Shown here: one piece after another, positions 25,579-37,303 of the stretch | How positions within the stretch are numbered: position 1 is the first letter of the stretch | Layout of the letters: each line of letters starts with the position of its first letter | Origin: Takakia lepidozioides | Lineage: Eukaryota > Plantae > Bryophyta | Assembly: GCA_030704615.1 (NCBI GenBank) | Contig: CM060732.1 | Location: 11,222,001 to 11,286,000 of the forward strand | Direction: 5' to 3' | DNA length: 64,000 nucleotides | The notes under the pieces: model-generated | What the model saw: the letters and a program-made list of their open reading frames with translations, nothing else | Databases searched by the model: none | What the model was told of the DNA's origin: nothing | Translations under genes and position numbers: made by a program

Positions 25579-25930
25579 CACTACAACAGATGAGCGTTTT
25601 TATGACTTCACATATGACTATTTTTTCAGTCTTATATGCGTTCATGACTACATCACTTTGTAGTGAAAAAAGCCCTGTCATAGCGACTAGTCTTTAGGAC
25701 TGCGTTTTGCAAGTCATATCCATGAGTGCTTGCGTGGCACCTGGAGTCCTACTGCAGAGAGGGTTGCAGTCACAACTATATGACTAATATATGACTACAT
25801 TGTCTGTTGAGCGCTGCCTACATGGAGAGGCTTCAGCGGGACACGTGCGCCACTGCGCAAGCGACACGTCATGCATTCGTCAGGGGATCATATGACTATA
25901 TGTCTGCAAAGTGATGCCTACATGGAGAGG
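25579..25930 (+). mobile_element. Second CACTA terminus with subterminal repeats, in the same orientation as 11106
   Basis: CACTACAACAGATGAGCGTTTTTATGACT (27/29 identical to 11106), preceded by CCA. Bases 25887-25930 are a near-perfect inverted copy of 21125-21168. Confidence 0.88.
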
Positions 25931-26751
25931 TGACGGATGGACACGTGCGCCACTGCGAATTTGACATGTCACGACATCGCGCGCAAAAGAGGAACAGCCG
26001 CGTGCATGGAAACGCCTACCGCAACATCGGACAACAAACAGCCGACAAAAGAGAGCGGCCCGGATTTGGTGGGAAGATAATTTCTTGAATTGCAGCCCTA
26101 AAAATGGAGGGCTCGGATGGGTTATGGGAATGGACGGTGGCAATCCTGCGCCGTCAACGGACTGGATGGCAGGGAACTGGCCAGCGGACTGGCGGGCAGA
26201 CTGACAGACTGCTGGGCAGCAGACTGGCGAGCAGACTGCTGGGCTGCCGACTGGCCAACAGCGGACTGGCAGACTGGAGCGCAGCGGACTCGTGGGCGGG
26301 GGGGGGGGGGGGGCACGGGCGCGGTTGCTGCAGCCGCGCTCGCGGTTGGGCGACCGCGCGTAGCGGCGGGTGAGGAGGGCGGGGTGCTGGGGAGCCGGGC
26401 GTCCGTGCGCGGGGCCCACCAGCCACATCGCACGTGCCCATTGAAGACCCTATTATCTTAAAATGAGAGGCCTCAAACCTCATGTTCAATTTTTCTAGTA
26501 AATGAACCTATGTATTAAACTCTGATTTCTCGAGAGATTTCAGTTTATAGACAAACTAAATCAAGACCTCCATCCTGAGCTTGTTTTGCCATCCATCTAA
26601 ACTCCTCCAAGACCAACGATAACATATCTTCCTCCCTGAGGTTAAGAGCAACACTTCCATCTTCACATCGTCCAGAAAACAAAGTTGTGGATACCACATC
26701 AGCTTTGCACACTAACTATGAGGTCTCAAAGCTGGTTCTGCAAGAAAGTCC

Positions 26752-28399
26752 CTAGGGCGCTAATCCAGGCCCTGGATGACACAAGATTCTATTGGACTCC
26801 AAAAGTATGATTGCAGAGAACGCAAGAAGGCCCACTAGAGTAAGCACAAGAGCAAAGTAGGTCTTGAGGGGGGGTCCATCCTTCTTCAGTTTCTTGTCAC
26901 CTGCATGCTCAACAAAATCAAATCGCTTTCCGAAAGCCTTCAATGCGTCAATCTGATCGCTCAACACCTGGAAGTCCATACATAGTTCTTGGTTATGAAA
27001 ATGCTAGGCATGTGATCAGAGTCAATTAGGACAAATCTCATAAGCACATCTATCATTCATTTGCCCAACAAGATTTTTCTACAATACCAAAGCTTGCCTA
27101 GTCAGGTTGAGTAAAGAACGGGCCATCATCCGCAATAAATTAAGAGGATATGCTCTATATGCTCCAACGATCACAGGGGAAGGGATGAGTTGATGGTGTG
27201 AGCTTGAAGTTCATGTTCTGTCAACATCATAAATGACTTCCCTTCCCTCCTTATGACAAAGTATCTCTAGGATCCCCATGTCAACTTTTAATGGTAACTG
27301 GACCTTCATACATGAATTAAACTATAATTCCTCAAGATTTCAACAGACGGACTAAGGGAGGGCCACCAACGTGATCCCTCCGAAAATCTTACTATCCCAA
27401 TAGCCAACGCGTTGCTTTCCCAAGCATCTCAACCCCCTCTCAAAGGCCGACAAGGATTAGACACTTTCATCTTTAGGAACCAAATATGTTGACACTACAT
27501 AGCTTTGTAGACTAACTACCAGGTCTCCAAGTCAAAAAGCTGGTTGGGCAACCAAGAACATCAACTTTCTATGTTTTTCCACTACAAACCATTAGGACCA
27601 GCTAAAGACAGCAGCTGCGATGCTAAGGACCTAACTACACCAGAATACCATTGGATTGAGAGTGCACCTTGGCATATTCCTCTTCTTTCTCAGCACCTTC
27701 CTTCCACCTCATGAAATCCAAAAACTTTAGAACGACGCCACCGACGGTTGCAATGCACGCCAAGAGGGAGAGTGTGAAGGGGCCAAGCCAGTTGTGGCAA
27801 CGGAGTGCGCTCGACTGTGCAAAAGCTGTGAGCACAACACCTTGAAACACAATGAAATAGCCGATCAACTGATATATTTCGTTCTTCACGTTGTTCCTTA
27901 GGGCCTCCTTACGATCAATCTTGGAACGCGACAGATTAAACCTCTTTTCCCAGTCCTCCAGTATCAACTTGAGTTCCGGGTCGTCAGCAATTTGCGCTAG
28001 GCTTCTAGCCTGACTTGCACTGGTTGGAGGACTCTGCCCTTCAATTGCAAGAGCTTTACAAACCGCATTAGCTTCCACAGCACCACATTTCTCTATTCGG
28101 ATGCGAATGTCAAACTTATTGAACGCTGCACTATCGCTCAAATACTCACACAAGCCTCCAAACGCAGAACTGTGGCCAGGCCTTTGCTCGTTCACCGCGG
28201 CGTTATGGTCTTCACGAGCACTTTGAAGACTGCTTGCAGAAGTCTCCGCACGCACAGACGACGAAGTACTATCGTCGACGTTGGCCGATACGCAGACCGT
28301 GCCTGCTATACATCGATCATCTGCGTGTCCACTGCCGGACAGTTTGAATTCTTGCATTCTTCCCCTGGAATTCTGCGTGCTTTGCATCTCTATCGTCAC
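26752..28399 (-). CDS. Plant-specific multi-pass membrane protein of unknown function, 2 exons (28399-27668, 26967-26752)
   Basis: Phase-0 GT-AG intron 27667-26968 gives an open frame. NEIYQLIGYFIVFQGVVLTA...CHNWLGPFTLSLL, about three hydrophobic segments and a C-terminal ILC, as I recall from an uncharacterised land-plant family. Confidence 0.8.
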
Positions 28400-31300
28400 T
28401 TGAATCTTTAACTTCCTCCCCTTCCACCCCCCCTCCTTATTTGTGACAACTACTGTTACTGTGATGGTTTGTCCAGTTTCTGTATTTTAATGGGTGCGTA
28501 CGAGCCCCCTCGTGGACATCCAGCGGGGCTAAGTTAGTAATGAGGCAGCAGCTGCAGCATCCGCACCCCACTGCTGTTAGTTTATACAGGCTCAGGCTGG
28601 CCCTGCGCATTCAGGCAGCGGTAGATATCTTCAAGCCCGCACACATGTCTTCACCTCTATACGGACGCTGTCGCAGATGTGATGGAAACCTGTCCCTGTC
28701 TTCAGCCCATGGCTGTCCTAAGTCGCTCTACTAAGCTTACACCCCGGCCCTGCCTCCCGAGTGACCTCTCCCACCTCCTCCATTTGACCTTCAGCTTTTC
28801 CCACAACTGTTCCTCTGTACAGCATCAACCCAATCGCCTGAAACAAAGAACAAGGGAATCCGATTTTCCACAGATATTTCCCAAGCATACAGTTTTCAAG
28901 TACGTGGATGTTAGATTTTATTGTTTTGACCCTGATAGATGAAGCTGCTTGGAGACTGTAGTGTCCAGAGCCATGCCACTTGCCCGTATGATTAGAAAGA
29001 AACTAAGGCAAGGACGCTAGCAATCCACGGCCAAGAAATGCAGAGACGTCCCCTCCCGCGGTCCTTTGCAGCCCCGCCAGTGTCCAACTACGCCATCCTG
29101 TCCAGTCCATCCCATCACTCCAGCTTGCTACCATGCATTGCCGCCCGTCTCTCTAATCCAACTTGCTGCCATCCTCTCCTTCCGCTCGCTATGTGCAGCC
29201 TGGCGCCATCGCCCACTCACGTCTTCGCAGGGAGCACGGTCCGTATATAGCTGAGGAATAGTCTAGTTTAGTATCATTCCGAGCCTGTCCACGCGACAAC
29301 TCACCCCTACCCCCTCCGTTCGTCATCCATCCATTCCCGTTTCTGGGCAATAGCCACCTCCCTGCTACTGGCGTCCTCTTTGCACCCTTGCCATTGTCAT
29401 CCATTCTGCACCTCTGACATGATTTGCCACTTGAGAACAACTCGTTCTCACGTGTTAAAACATTGAAATCGTCAAAATGGGAGGTTTGTGGACGGTTTGC
29501 ACTTTCTGCATTTCACAGCATTTTATCTCCACCCCTTGTTTTTCTATCTGCCAGTGCCCTCTGACCCGTGGCCGTTATAAGCAGGTGTGGCGGATTGTGC
29601 CACTTTTTCGGCCTAATTCTCAGGCGGAATCGGCCACCCAGGGCAGTATCGGCAGGGATGGCCGATTCCGCACAGAGGACAGCATACTTTCCGCCACAGT
29701 GGCCTTCGTTATCGGCCATCAACCCAGCCTCAGTCCTCTGAGGCTCGCCCCGTTTATATCCTCTCCGGAGCTCTGAATTTGGGCAATCAATATGGGATAA
29801 TCGAAACTCAATCATATTGCGCCACGTAGCGGAGAGATCCGCCACACCTGCATTCAACGCCAGTGAACGGGCCGCGTTGGCCGACTCTGTCCTGTGCACG
29901 GCTATAGGGCTCGCCCAAAGGCCGCTTACAGGACAGAATCGGCCAAACACGGCCCGTTCTCTAGTACTATATGTATGTCATCGCATGTCATCACATGCCG
30001 GCATGGAACGTTGCCGGGAAAGGCGTCCGGCAGGTCCCCGGAAGTGACTAAAACCGGCCGGTTAGGGGCGCTACTGCCGGGAAACTCTCCTGCACGTCCC
30101 CAGCCGGAAACCGGAACAAGGCAACCCCTGATTCATTGGGTGATGTCATTAAAATGAATAAGGTGCAAATGGGCCACTAGGACTGCCGAGCACCGTTGGC
30201 CCTCTTTCACTAACTTGGCACGTGTTAGAGGTGCAGAATGGACGTTTTCACCGCAGGTGCAAAGAGGCCACCATACCTCCTTTAAGTTAAGTACGCAGAG
30301 CGCAGGTGGGTAGTCGGCACCACCATGCGCTCCCTGCTGCTCTCCGCTGTTTCAGACAGGCCCTCCAATGTCCATTCCTGGAGTCTCACACACCCGCATC
30401 TGGACCTATACACTGATACAACTGTGAAGCACTTGGGTGGCCCGGCCCATGCGTGCACTATCCAGCTAAAAGCTACCAGTTGCTGTGAAACCTTAAAAAA
30501 GGGGAGAGTGTGGGCCCGGGTATTCCCAAGTGTGACTATTCAACTTGATGATTCGGTGTCAGCGGTAGTCGGCAAAAGGCACAGTATGTGGTATCTAGTT
30601 GCTAGTCTTGCGCTAATGTGTGATGGAGCTCGTAGGAGATCTGGAGGCCCTGGGATGCGTCTGGTGTGACCACCTAGTGCTTAGTATTAGGCTGGTTTTA
30701 AAATATGTATTCTGGAAACTTGGGCCCTCGCAGCTCGTTTACGATTTGGGGATACTTGTGTACTAATCCCCGTATCACTTAAGAGGAGAAGAGGCAGAAC
30801 CCCTGTAGGAGGAATCTTGCATTTCTGGAGGAAGCCCTGTAAATCGTTAGAAAAGGAATCGGTCATACTCACCACCTCTCTGGTTTTGGCTCGTCAGTTG
30901 TATGGTTTTCGGTAAGCAATTCAGGCCCCCAAACCCACCTCTCCCAGACAGATCTAGTTCTCTGCTTCCTTGCAGGCAAGGAAGTCGGTGTGGTATAGGC
31001 AACCTTAAATGTCACTCATCAGACATTCACGGGTTAATTAAGGTACATCCAAAATGGGTTAAAAGCTCCATCTGTGTTTCAGCAGCCTGACTCATTTGAT
31101 CACAAGAACTGGCAGGCTGCAGATTTGGGTTCCCAAGCTGTTTTATTCATTCAAAAGATTGGTAACTGCCTCTTTTACGCTAAAACTCCGGTTGGCTTCT
31201 ATCATTTCATTTGCTAACCCGCCCGTTGCCCAGCTGAAGCTGCCCGAACCTAGAAGTAGGGGTGAACCCTAGCTAGTAGTAGGAGACATGATCGTGGGCA

Positions 31301-33603
31301 GAGCTCAGTACAATGTCCCGGCTCAGCACTTACAATTCACTCACTTGGCACGTGTCGCCCCATGTGCCCATTTGAGGAACTGGTGCGCATTGTGACCTAG
31401 CTAAGTAGTAAATGCTCAGTCAACGACGCGCGTCGAGGTCATGAGGTCACGTCGAGGCATGATTGCATTAGGGCCCAGTGCTGTGCCCACTGTGCTGCCG
31501 ACACAGTAAATACGAGATGATGACAAGTGTGTGGCTTCCTTGACTACGCTAGTTATTAGCACGTTACTAGGGGTTGAAAGGAGGCCACATGGGCTGCTAC
31601 GTGCACAGCGCGGGTCAGATTCGGGATGCGCGTGTGGGCCTCGTGCGTGCGGTAGGGCTGTGCGGCTCATAAATGAAAGGGGCTTACTTTTCCCCCTCTT
31701 GCAAGGGCCTGAATTGTGGGCAGCGACTCCCGGTTTCCCTTGTTTTACAAACATTTAAGCTTGGAAAATAATATAGGTATACCGCAACGTCAACGAAAAA
31801 GAATCATGCAATGGCCAATGGACATGCGCTGGACGGCCTGAAAGTGCCGGGTAGACATGCGCGATGCCTGCATTGGAATGACGTGGCTATTGTCGGGGCT
31901 AACAGGTGGCTAATGAACTTTCTAGATGCTTCATAGAAAAAGAGCGTGGCTATCGCCCCAGAGCCTAGAGGGCTAAGCAAGGTGGAGGGACGCCCGTGTG
32001 TAGATACTAGTAGTGTTTGTAGCACGTACCTGAGTATGCATCAAGTAAGAGAGGAGGTGGCAAGAAGAGCGAGTGGTGGAATTGAAGCGTGTAGCAAGAG
32101 ACTCGGTAGGGGGCGACCCAGAAAAGTGGAGGGACGGGACAAAAATGTGCATCACGCACAGGCGGAGGTTGAACTCTTTGGATCATTGGAATTTCTGTAG
32201 AGGACAGATGTCTCGTTGGTTCTTTTTGTGCAATGGATTGTTCAAACGGTCTTCTAAAGAACATTAGAAGAACACTAACCACAACTGTCATTCAAATCAC
32301 TAACCCATATGTATCTAGGATGGGATAGATGTCCACCACCCGGACACACTATGTGCAAAATTTAGGACAAGTGTAGCAGTACAGAGATGGACACATACAT
32401 GGATAGGTATGTTAGAATAATGCCCAAAGGATTGCATGATTGACCACTGTTCAAGTTTTTTAGTCCATGATATGGAAAGAAGTTTTTTAGTCATAACGCG
32501 AGGGCATGATATGAAGAAGGCAAAAAATGTGTGCATTATATGGTAGACGGAGCTAAGAAAGGTGTGTTTGACACTGTCCAATTATATTTCTAAAAATTCT
32601 TTTATCTATCACCTTCACCAACGCTCCAACAAACAACTAACACTTACATTCATGATGGGCTTCCTCTTGCCAATGTTGAAATCAACTAAAATTTATGTTT
32701 CAGGCATATTTTTGTGGAAGGAAATGCTTCTACGGAAGGCGTGAAGCTCTTTGACAGACGGCTCTTTGGCGGACAGACCAAATCAACCAAATTGTGAGCC
32801 TCCATAGAGGCAGTTCGGGTTATCAGGGAATGCTCCAAAACGTCCCTAACACTGGATCTAAATTCTCAACTCTGGGCACCGCCACTGCAGCCCTGGAGAG
32901 ACTGGGTCACCTGCACATCCTCACCCAACCTGGTCATATATTTACCATCTAACTTACCCAACCTGGCCAAATCCGGAGGGCTGCCAGTATCTGCAATCTC
33001 TGGTGGACAATTTACCCCCGTCAGGATTTGCCAGCGGTCCTCAACAAACAAGTGTATGAAGTATGAACCCAATGGCGGCCGTTGATCAAGCTCTGGAAGC
33101 CTGGCTCTCATTCCACCTTGCCCTCTGGGTTGAGGGGCAGTCCCTTAATGAGCTTTCAGTGGACCCAGAGGATCCTTGCGACTTTTCCTCAACGATTGCA
33201 GGTGCAATTGGTGACCCTGAATTCAAAACCCCCTCAGATGTCGTCACCAATTTCTCTCTGAAAGTGCCGAAAAGAGCTCCACACCGGCGTCCTGCGCCAC
33301 CATTCGAATATTTCAAAGCTATGGTGCTCTCTGTCCAAAGCATGAGCTATTAGCGGTCTTGCCCCCACAAGGGACGATTTTCTGTGAATTATGGAGGTGG
33401 GAGTTCTGGGATCGGATATCCCCACAAAACAATAGAAAAAAAGCAACCCTGCAAAACACACGGGACCAACCTTTCTTGTGATAACCGAATTGGGCGAGCA
33501 CAAACCCTCATTCAATACCCACCAATCATTTTGACGCACACACACAAAGCGAGCGAGCGAGCGAGAGCGAGAGAGAGAGTCAGAGAGTCATGAATCTGGG
33601 ATG

Positions 33604-34168
33604 AGCTATCTCGCGCAGCTACCACACTAGGCACGGCAGCCACTGTAGCAACTCAGGCCAAGGACCGTGACTACAACGATCGTCATCTCACCGACACATT
33701 TCTTCCACTGGCGGTCGAGATATTTGGCTCATTGCACCGGCACTTCGACGATTTCCTACGGACATGTGCACATCATGCAGCCAAGAGCGGGTCCACTGGC
33801 ATCCCACATACCTCCGTCCTTGTCGCCTACTATCGACAACGTGTTTCAGTTGCTTTGCAAAGAGCACAAGCCATATCCATTTTGCATCGGGCTGATGTGG
33901 CTAGCTCCGCATCATCTCATCTTCCGCCTCTGCCTGACACTTTGCCTATCTCCTTGCCTGATCTCCTCCAGGCTGTTGGCTGGGAGGGTCGCTCTGCTTG
34001 AATAGCTTACTATAGCTTCTATTTTCGTCGCTGGTTGAGTAGCTTATTATAGCTTTTGTTTTCTTCTCTTGTTTCTCGTTCCTCTCCCCCTCCCCTGCCG
34101 GGAACTTCTCATCATATGCCCGTTTACCCATTGTACATGTTGTAAATAAAGTCTTACATGGTTTCACC
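33604..34168 (+). mobile_element. 5'-truncated CRE-type non-LTR retrotransposon (restriction-like endonuclease end and 3' UTR)
   Basis: FLPLAVEIFG...RQRVSVALQRAQA; homologous to 60319-60753; AATAAA at 34145; flanked by the 10-bp direct repeat ATCTGGGATG (33594-33603 and 34169-34178). Confidence 0.88.
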
Positions 34169-35230
34169 ATCTGGGATGGAACTTAATAGTTAAGTATTAA
34201 GTGGGGAAGGTACATCAGGAAAAAACAATGGTGGCCTGCTCTCTCCTGAGGGAGGAGCCAATAGTAAAATGAATTTACGTACCTATACCGAGTTCCATTT
34301 GCCACATAATTCCAATCATACATTTTGGGCCGTCGGGACCTAGTCGGGGGGCGGGGGCGAGCTTTAGGGACCCTACCTCAATGGCTGTCCCATAGTGTTA
34401 CAGTACTAGACTAGGTGGAGCTCCCAGCCTCCAGGAGAGTTTAGGGTTTTGAGTATTTGACAAGCTACCCTGCCTGCCGTACTACCGTTACAGTAAAGCT
34501 GGACGTTCGAGTTGAGAAATCCGAGCTACTGAAGCTGCCACGGTGCGTAATGCTCTACAAGTAGAAAGAAGAATTTTATAGGAGTGCAGTAGAAGCTAGC
34601 GTTCTAAGGTAGAGCTCTAATTGATGTTGGAATCAGGTTCCAGCGGTTTCGCACCAGGACAAAGAGAAATAGGCTCTCAGTGACAACGTGAGTATGAAAT
34701 TTATCAGGTGATAGGGGTTCTATGTTGTGTTTCAAGGAGTTGTGTTCATCGCTCGCGCGCAAGCAAGCACTCTTTTGGTGGGTCCTTCGTACTTTCTCAC
34801 TTGGCCTTCATTGTGACCATCGACGGCATCGTTCTAAACATCTTGGATTGCATCAGATGGAAGAACGGCGTTAAGAGTGACCGACAAGCTTCGAAGGTGC
34901 ACTCTCCTGTTTCGAGGTAAAAAGGATTCAAGTTTATTTCGGTTTCGAACGTTAATTCGCTGGACTCCTTGTTAAGCTATGTAAATGGTCATCGGTTGTT
35001 GGGGAGAAACGTAGAAAGCCAGTTTTCTGACCATCCTTGGACACTCGAGTATGAGAACCGACTGTAGAACTCACATGTGCAATGTCCACGCCCGTCGCTT
35101 TCATGACTGAGAAAGTGGATTGTGAAGCGGTCATACTGTCTCCAATGGCTCCCTAGAGCCCACCCCCGAAAGGAAGGCGTATCCGCAAGGGAAGGAGGGC
35201 TCTAACTTCGGTTGGCGGCATCGCATCTGT

Positions 35231-35252
35231 CTCTCTCTCTCTCTCTCTCTCT
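35231..35252. repeat. (CT)n microsatellite
   Basis: Read directly; located upstream of the small gene pair. Confidence 0.95.
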
Positions 35253-35832
35253 CCAATGGCTACTTGTGTGGAGCTTTGCTATTCGTTGCACTGTCTGCCA
35301 GTAGAAGTGCCTGGCACGTACGTTCACTAACTTTCAGATTTTTAGTCGTGAATTGTGGAAGGTAAACACGATACTGGATTCTCATATAAATCTCTGATCT
35401 GAAGGTATTTGTTATTTGTGGGTCTTAATCGTGCTGGCCACTATACTTCCGTTTGTTTGTAACGGGAGAAGAAAAGTGTGTAGGCTATCTTTCAGGTGTT
35501 GAAGAAACGCATTGAGGCGCTGAAGAGTTGACGGAATTTCGCCGAACAAGGATAAACCCAAGCGAGCGTAAGGACATTTTTTCCCAACTCATGCAGAAGA
35601 GAGCACGAGTATTCAACTACTGTATTTATCTCTCCACGCGCTTCATTACATTGATAATCTTGCTCTTCACATATTGAGAAAATGTCTGCCAAGGTGCTTT
35701 TCTATAACATTTCCACAAGATGCATACCATAACTACATTTGTTTGGTCCAGAATACTGAGTGTCGAGTTCCTATTTACAACCTCCGGAGTATCTTTCCTG
35801 TGGTGAAGAGAAGAAAGAGGGGATATTGAGGT

Positions 35833-36104
35833 ATGGAAGGGACCAAAATTGTCAACAAGACTGGCCGTCCTATGGCGTTGATAGCCTACTTCCTCCAGTT
35901 TTGGAAGAATCCTCAGATGGTTTAGACAAGGCAAAAGGGGAGGCAGCAACTTCATGCTTGACCACACTGAAAGATGGTGATACCTATGACATCTGCTACA
36001 ACAAGGACTACAAGTATGGTCTATACGACAATTTACATCTTGTTCTTGAAGTTGATGGTGATGACATAGCCGGGAATGAAAGTGTCACCATAAAAGGTTA
36101 CTAA
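35833..36104 (+). pseudogene. Small beta-rich domain gene copy 1 (frameshifted; possibly DUF7748-like)
   Basis: MEGTKIVNKTGRP...(frame change)...LKDGDTYDI...VDGDDIAGNESVTI, paralogous to 36257-36571. Confidence 0.55.
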
Positions 36105-36256
36105 AAATCATATGACCCGTGGCCTTCCCTCGGAAGTCGGTAAGCTGGTCTATTCACCACTGTTGCTGGCACTCGCACTTTGAGGTTGTTTTACTGATTG
36201 ACTGGTTCTTGTGCCGATATTTGAAGACATCTAAGTGATTTTCTTTATGAGCTAAC

Positions 36257-36571
36257 ATGTTTATATGGATGGGCTTCAGTTACAGCCTCGGGCGAGTATT
36301 CGCGAGTGTGGAGTCAACAGACATTATCAACAAGACTGGCCATCCCTTTACTGTGAAAGGAGGCCTCTCTGGCGTGATAGAGAAAACGGTAGGTTCTGGC
36401 GAGCAATATACTATCACCAGAAACAAACATGACACCTTCATGAAGTATTTTTTATATTCGAATACAGATCCTATCGTACAAGTTACTGGTGATGAGATGT
36501 CGGATTATGAAAAAATCACCATCAATGCGTACTCGAAAGTGAAAGTGCCTCGGAGGAACTCTAAACAATGA
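36257..36571 (+). CDS. Small beta-rich domain gene or exon copy 2 (possibly DUF7748-like)
   Basis: TDIINKTGHPFTV...GEQYTI...VTGDEMSDYEKITI. The family name is from memory only. Confidence 0.55.
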   Translation: MFIWMGFSYSLGRVFASVESTDIINKTGHPFTVKGGLSGVIEKTVGSGEQYTITRNKHDTFMKYFLYSNTDPIVQVTGDEMSDYEKITINAYSKVKVPRRNSKQ

Positions 36572-37303
36572 GTTACTCTATTCTCCAATTCCTATAGTAG
36601 AGCTGATATTATGACGCATGGAATTCACTTTTATGCCATGTGGATGGATTGTGATTGTAGGTTGGATAATGCCTCAGGGAGCTCTTCAGATCATCCAAGA
36701 AATCTTCCAACTGCTAAGCCCCGAATTGCCGGTGGGCCATGAATGTGGGAGTGGAGGCAAGCTCACTTACTGACCAAGCGCATGGAGAATGGGGCCTGAG
36801 GTGTGGGGTTCGCTGCAGGTGACCCGGCCAGGGCTGCTGTAGTGGTCTAGCCCTTCTTGGAACTGGGTGTGTGGTAATTTATGTATCTCATATACAATTA
36901 GACATTCATAAGTAAAATTTATGCAGCGGAAAAGCTGTGTTCTACACTGCTTCTGCCTCGAGTTGACGATGCCCGAGGAAGGAACCTCCCAAGCAAATAA
37001 TGCTGCAAAGACTAGTGCAGTGTAGCTACTACCACTGGGGTGTGAGCAGATTATGTAGTTACTACGCTCATTGGGTGGTTCTCACTTTCGCAATTTCCAG
37101 TGAGTAGCTTCTCGGCACTTGCAAGGTTAATTCTTCCTCGCTCAGCACTAGATAATAAATCGATGGACGATTCGTAGAACACATGGAGCATCCGGCACTT
37201 CATTACTGCCATTGCACAGTGTCCTCTCATAAATCTCCCGAACCCGGTTCTTATGTGTAAAGAAGATTCGGGAAAGAGCCTTGTATAAACGGCAAAGTAA
37301 TGC

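Noticed and set aside
25880-26489. Pro/Ala-rich ORFs on both strands
   Set aside because: GC-rich low-complexity sequence with CAGACTG repeats and a poly-G run; no domain signal.
26485-26505. Right CACTA TIR (TTTTCTAGTA)
   Set aside because: It does not end in TAGTG and does not match the 29-bp terminus.
32750-33360. Possible retroelement gag/ORF1 remnant
   Set aside because: No diagnostic motif could be recognised.
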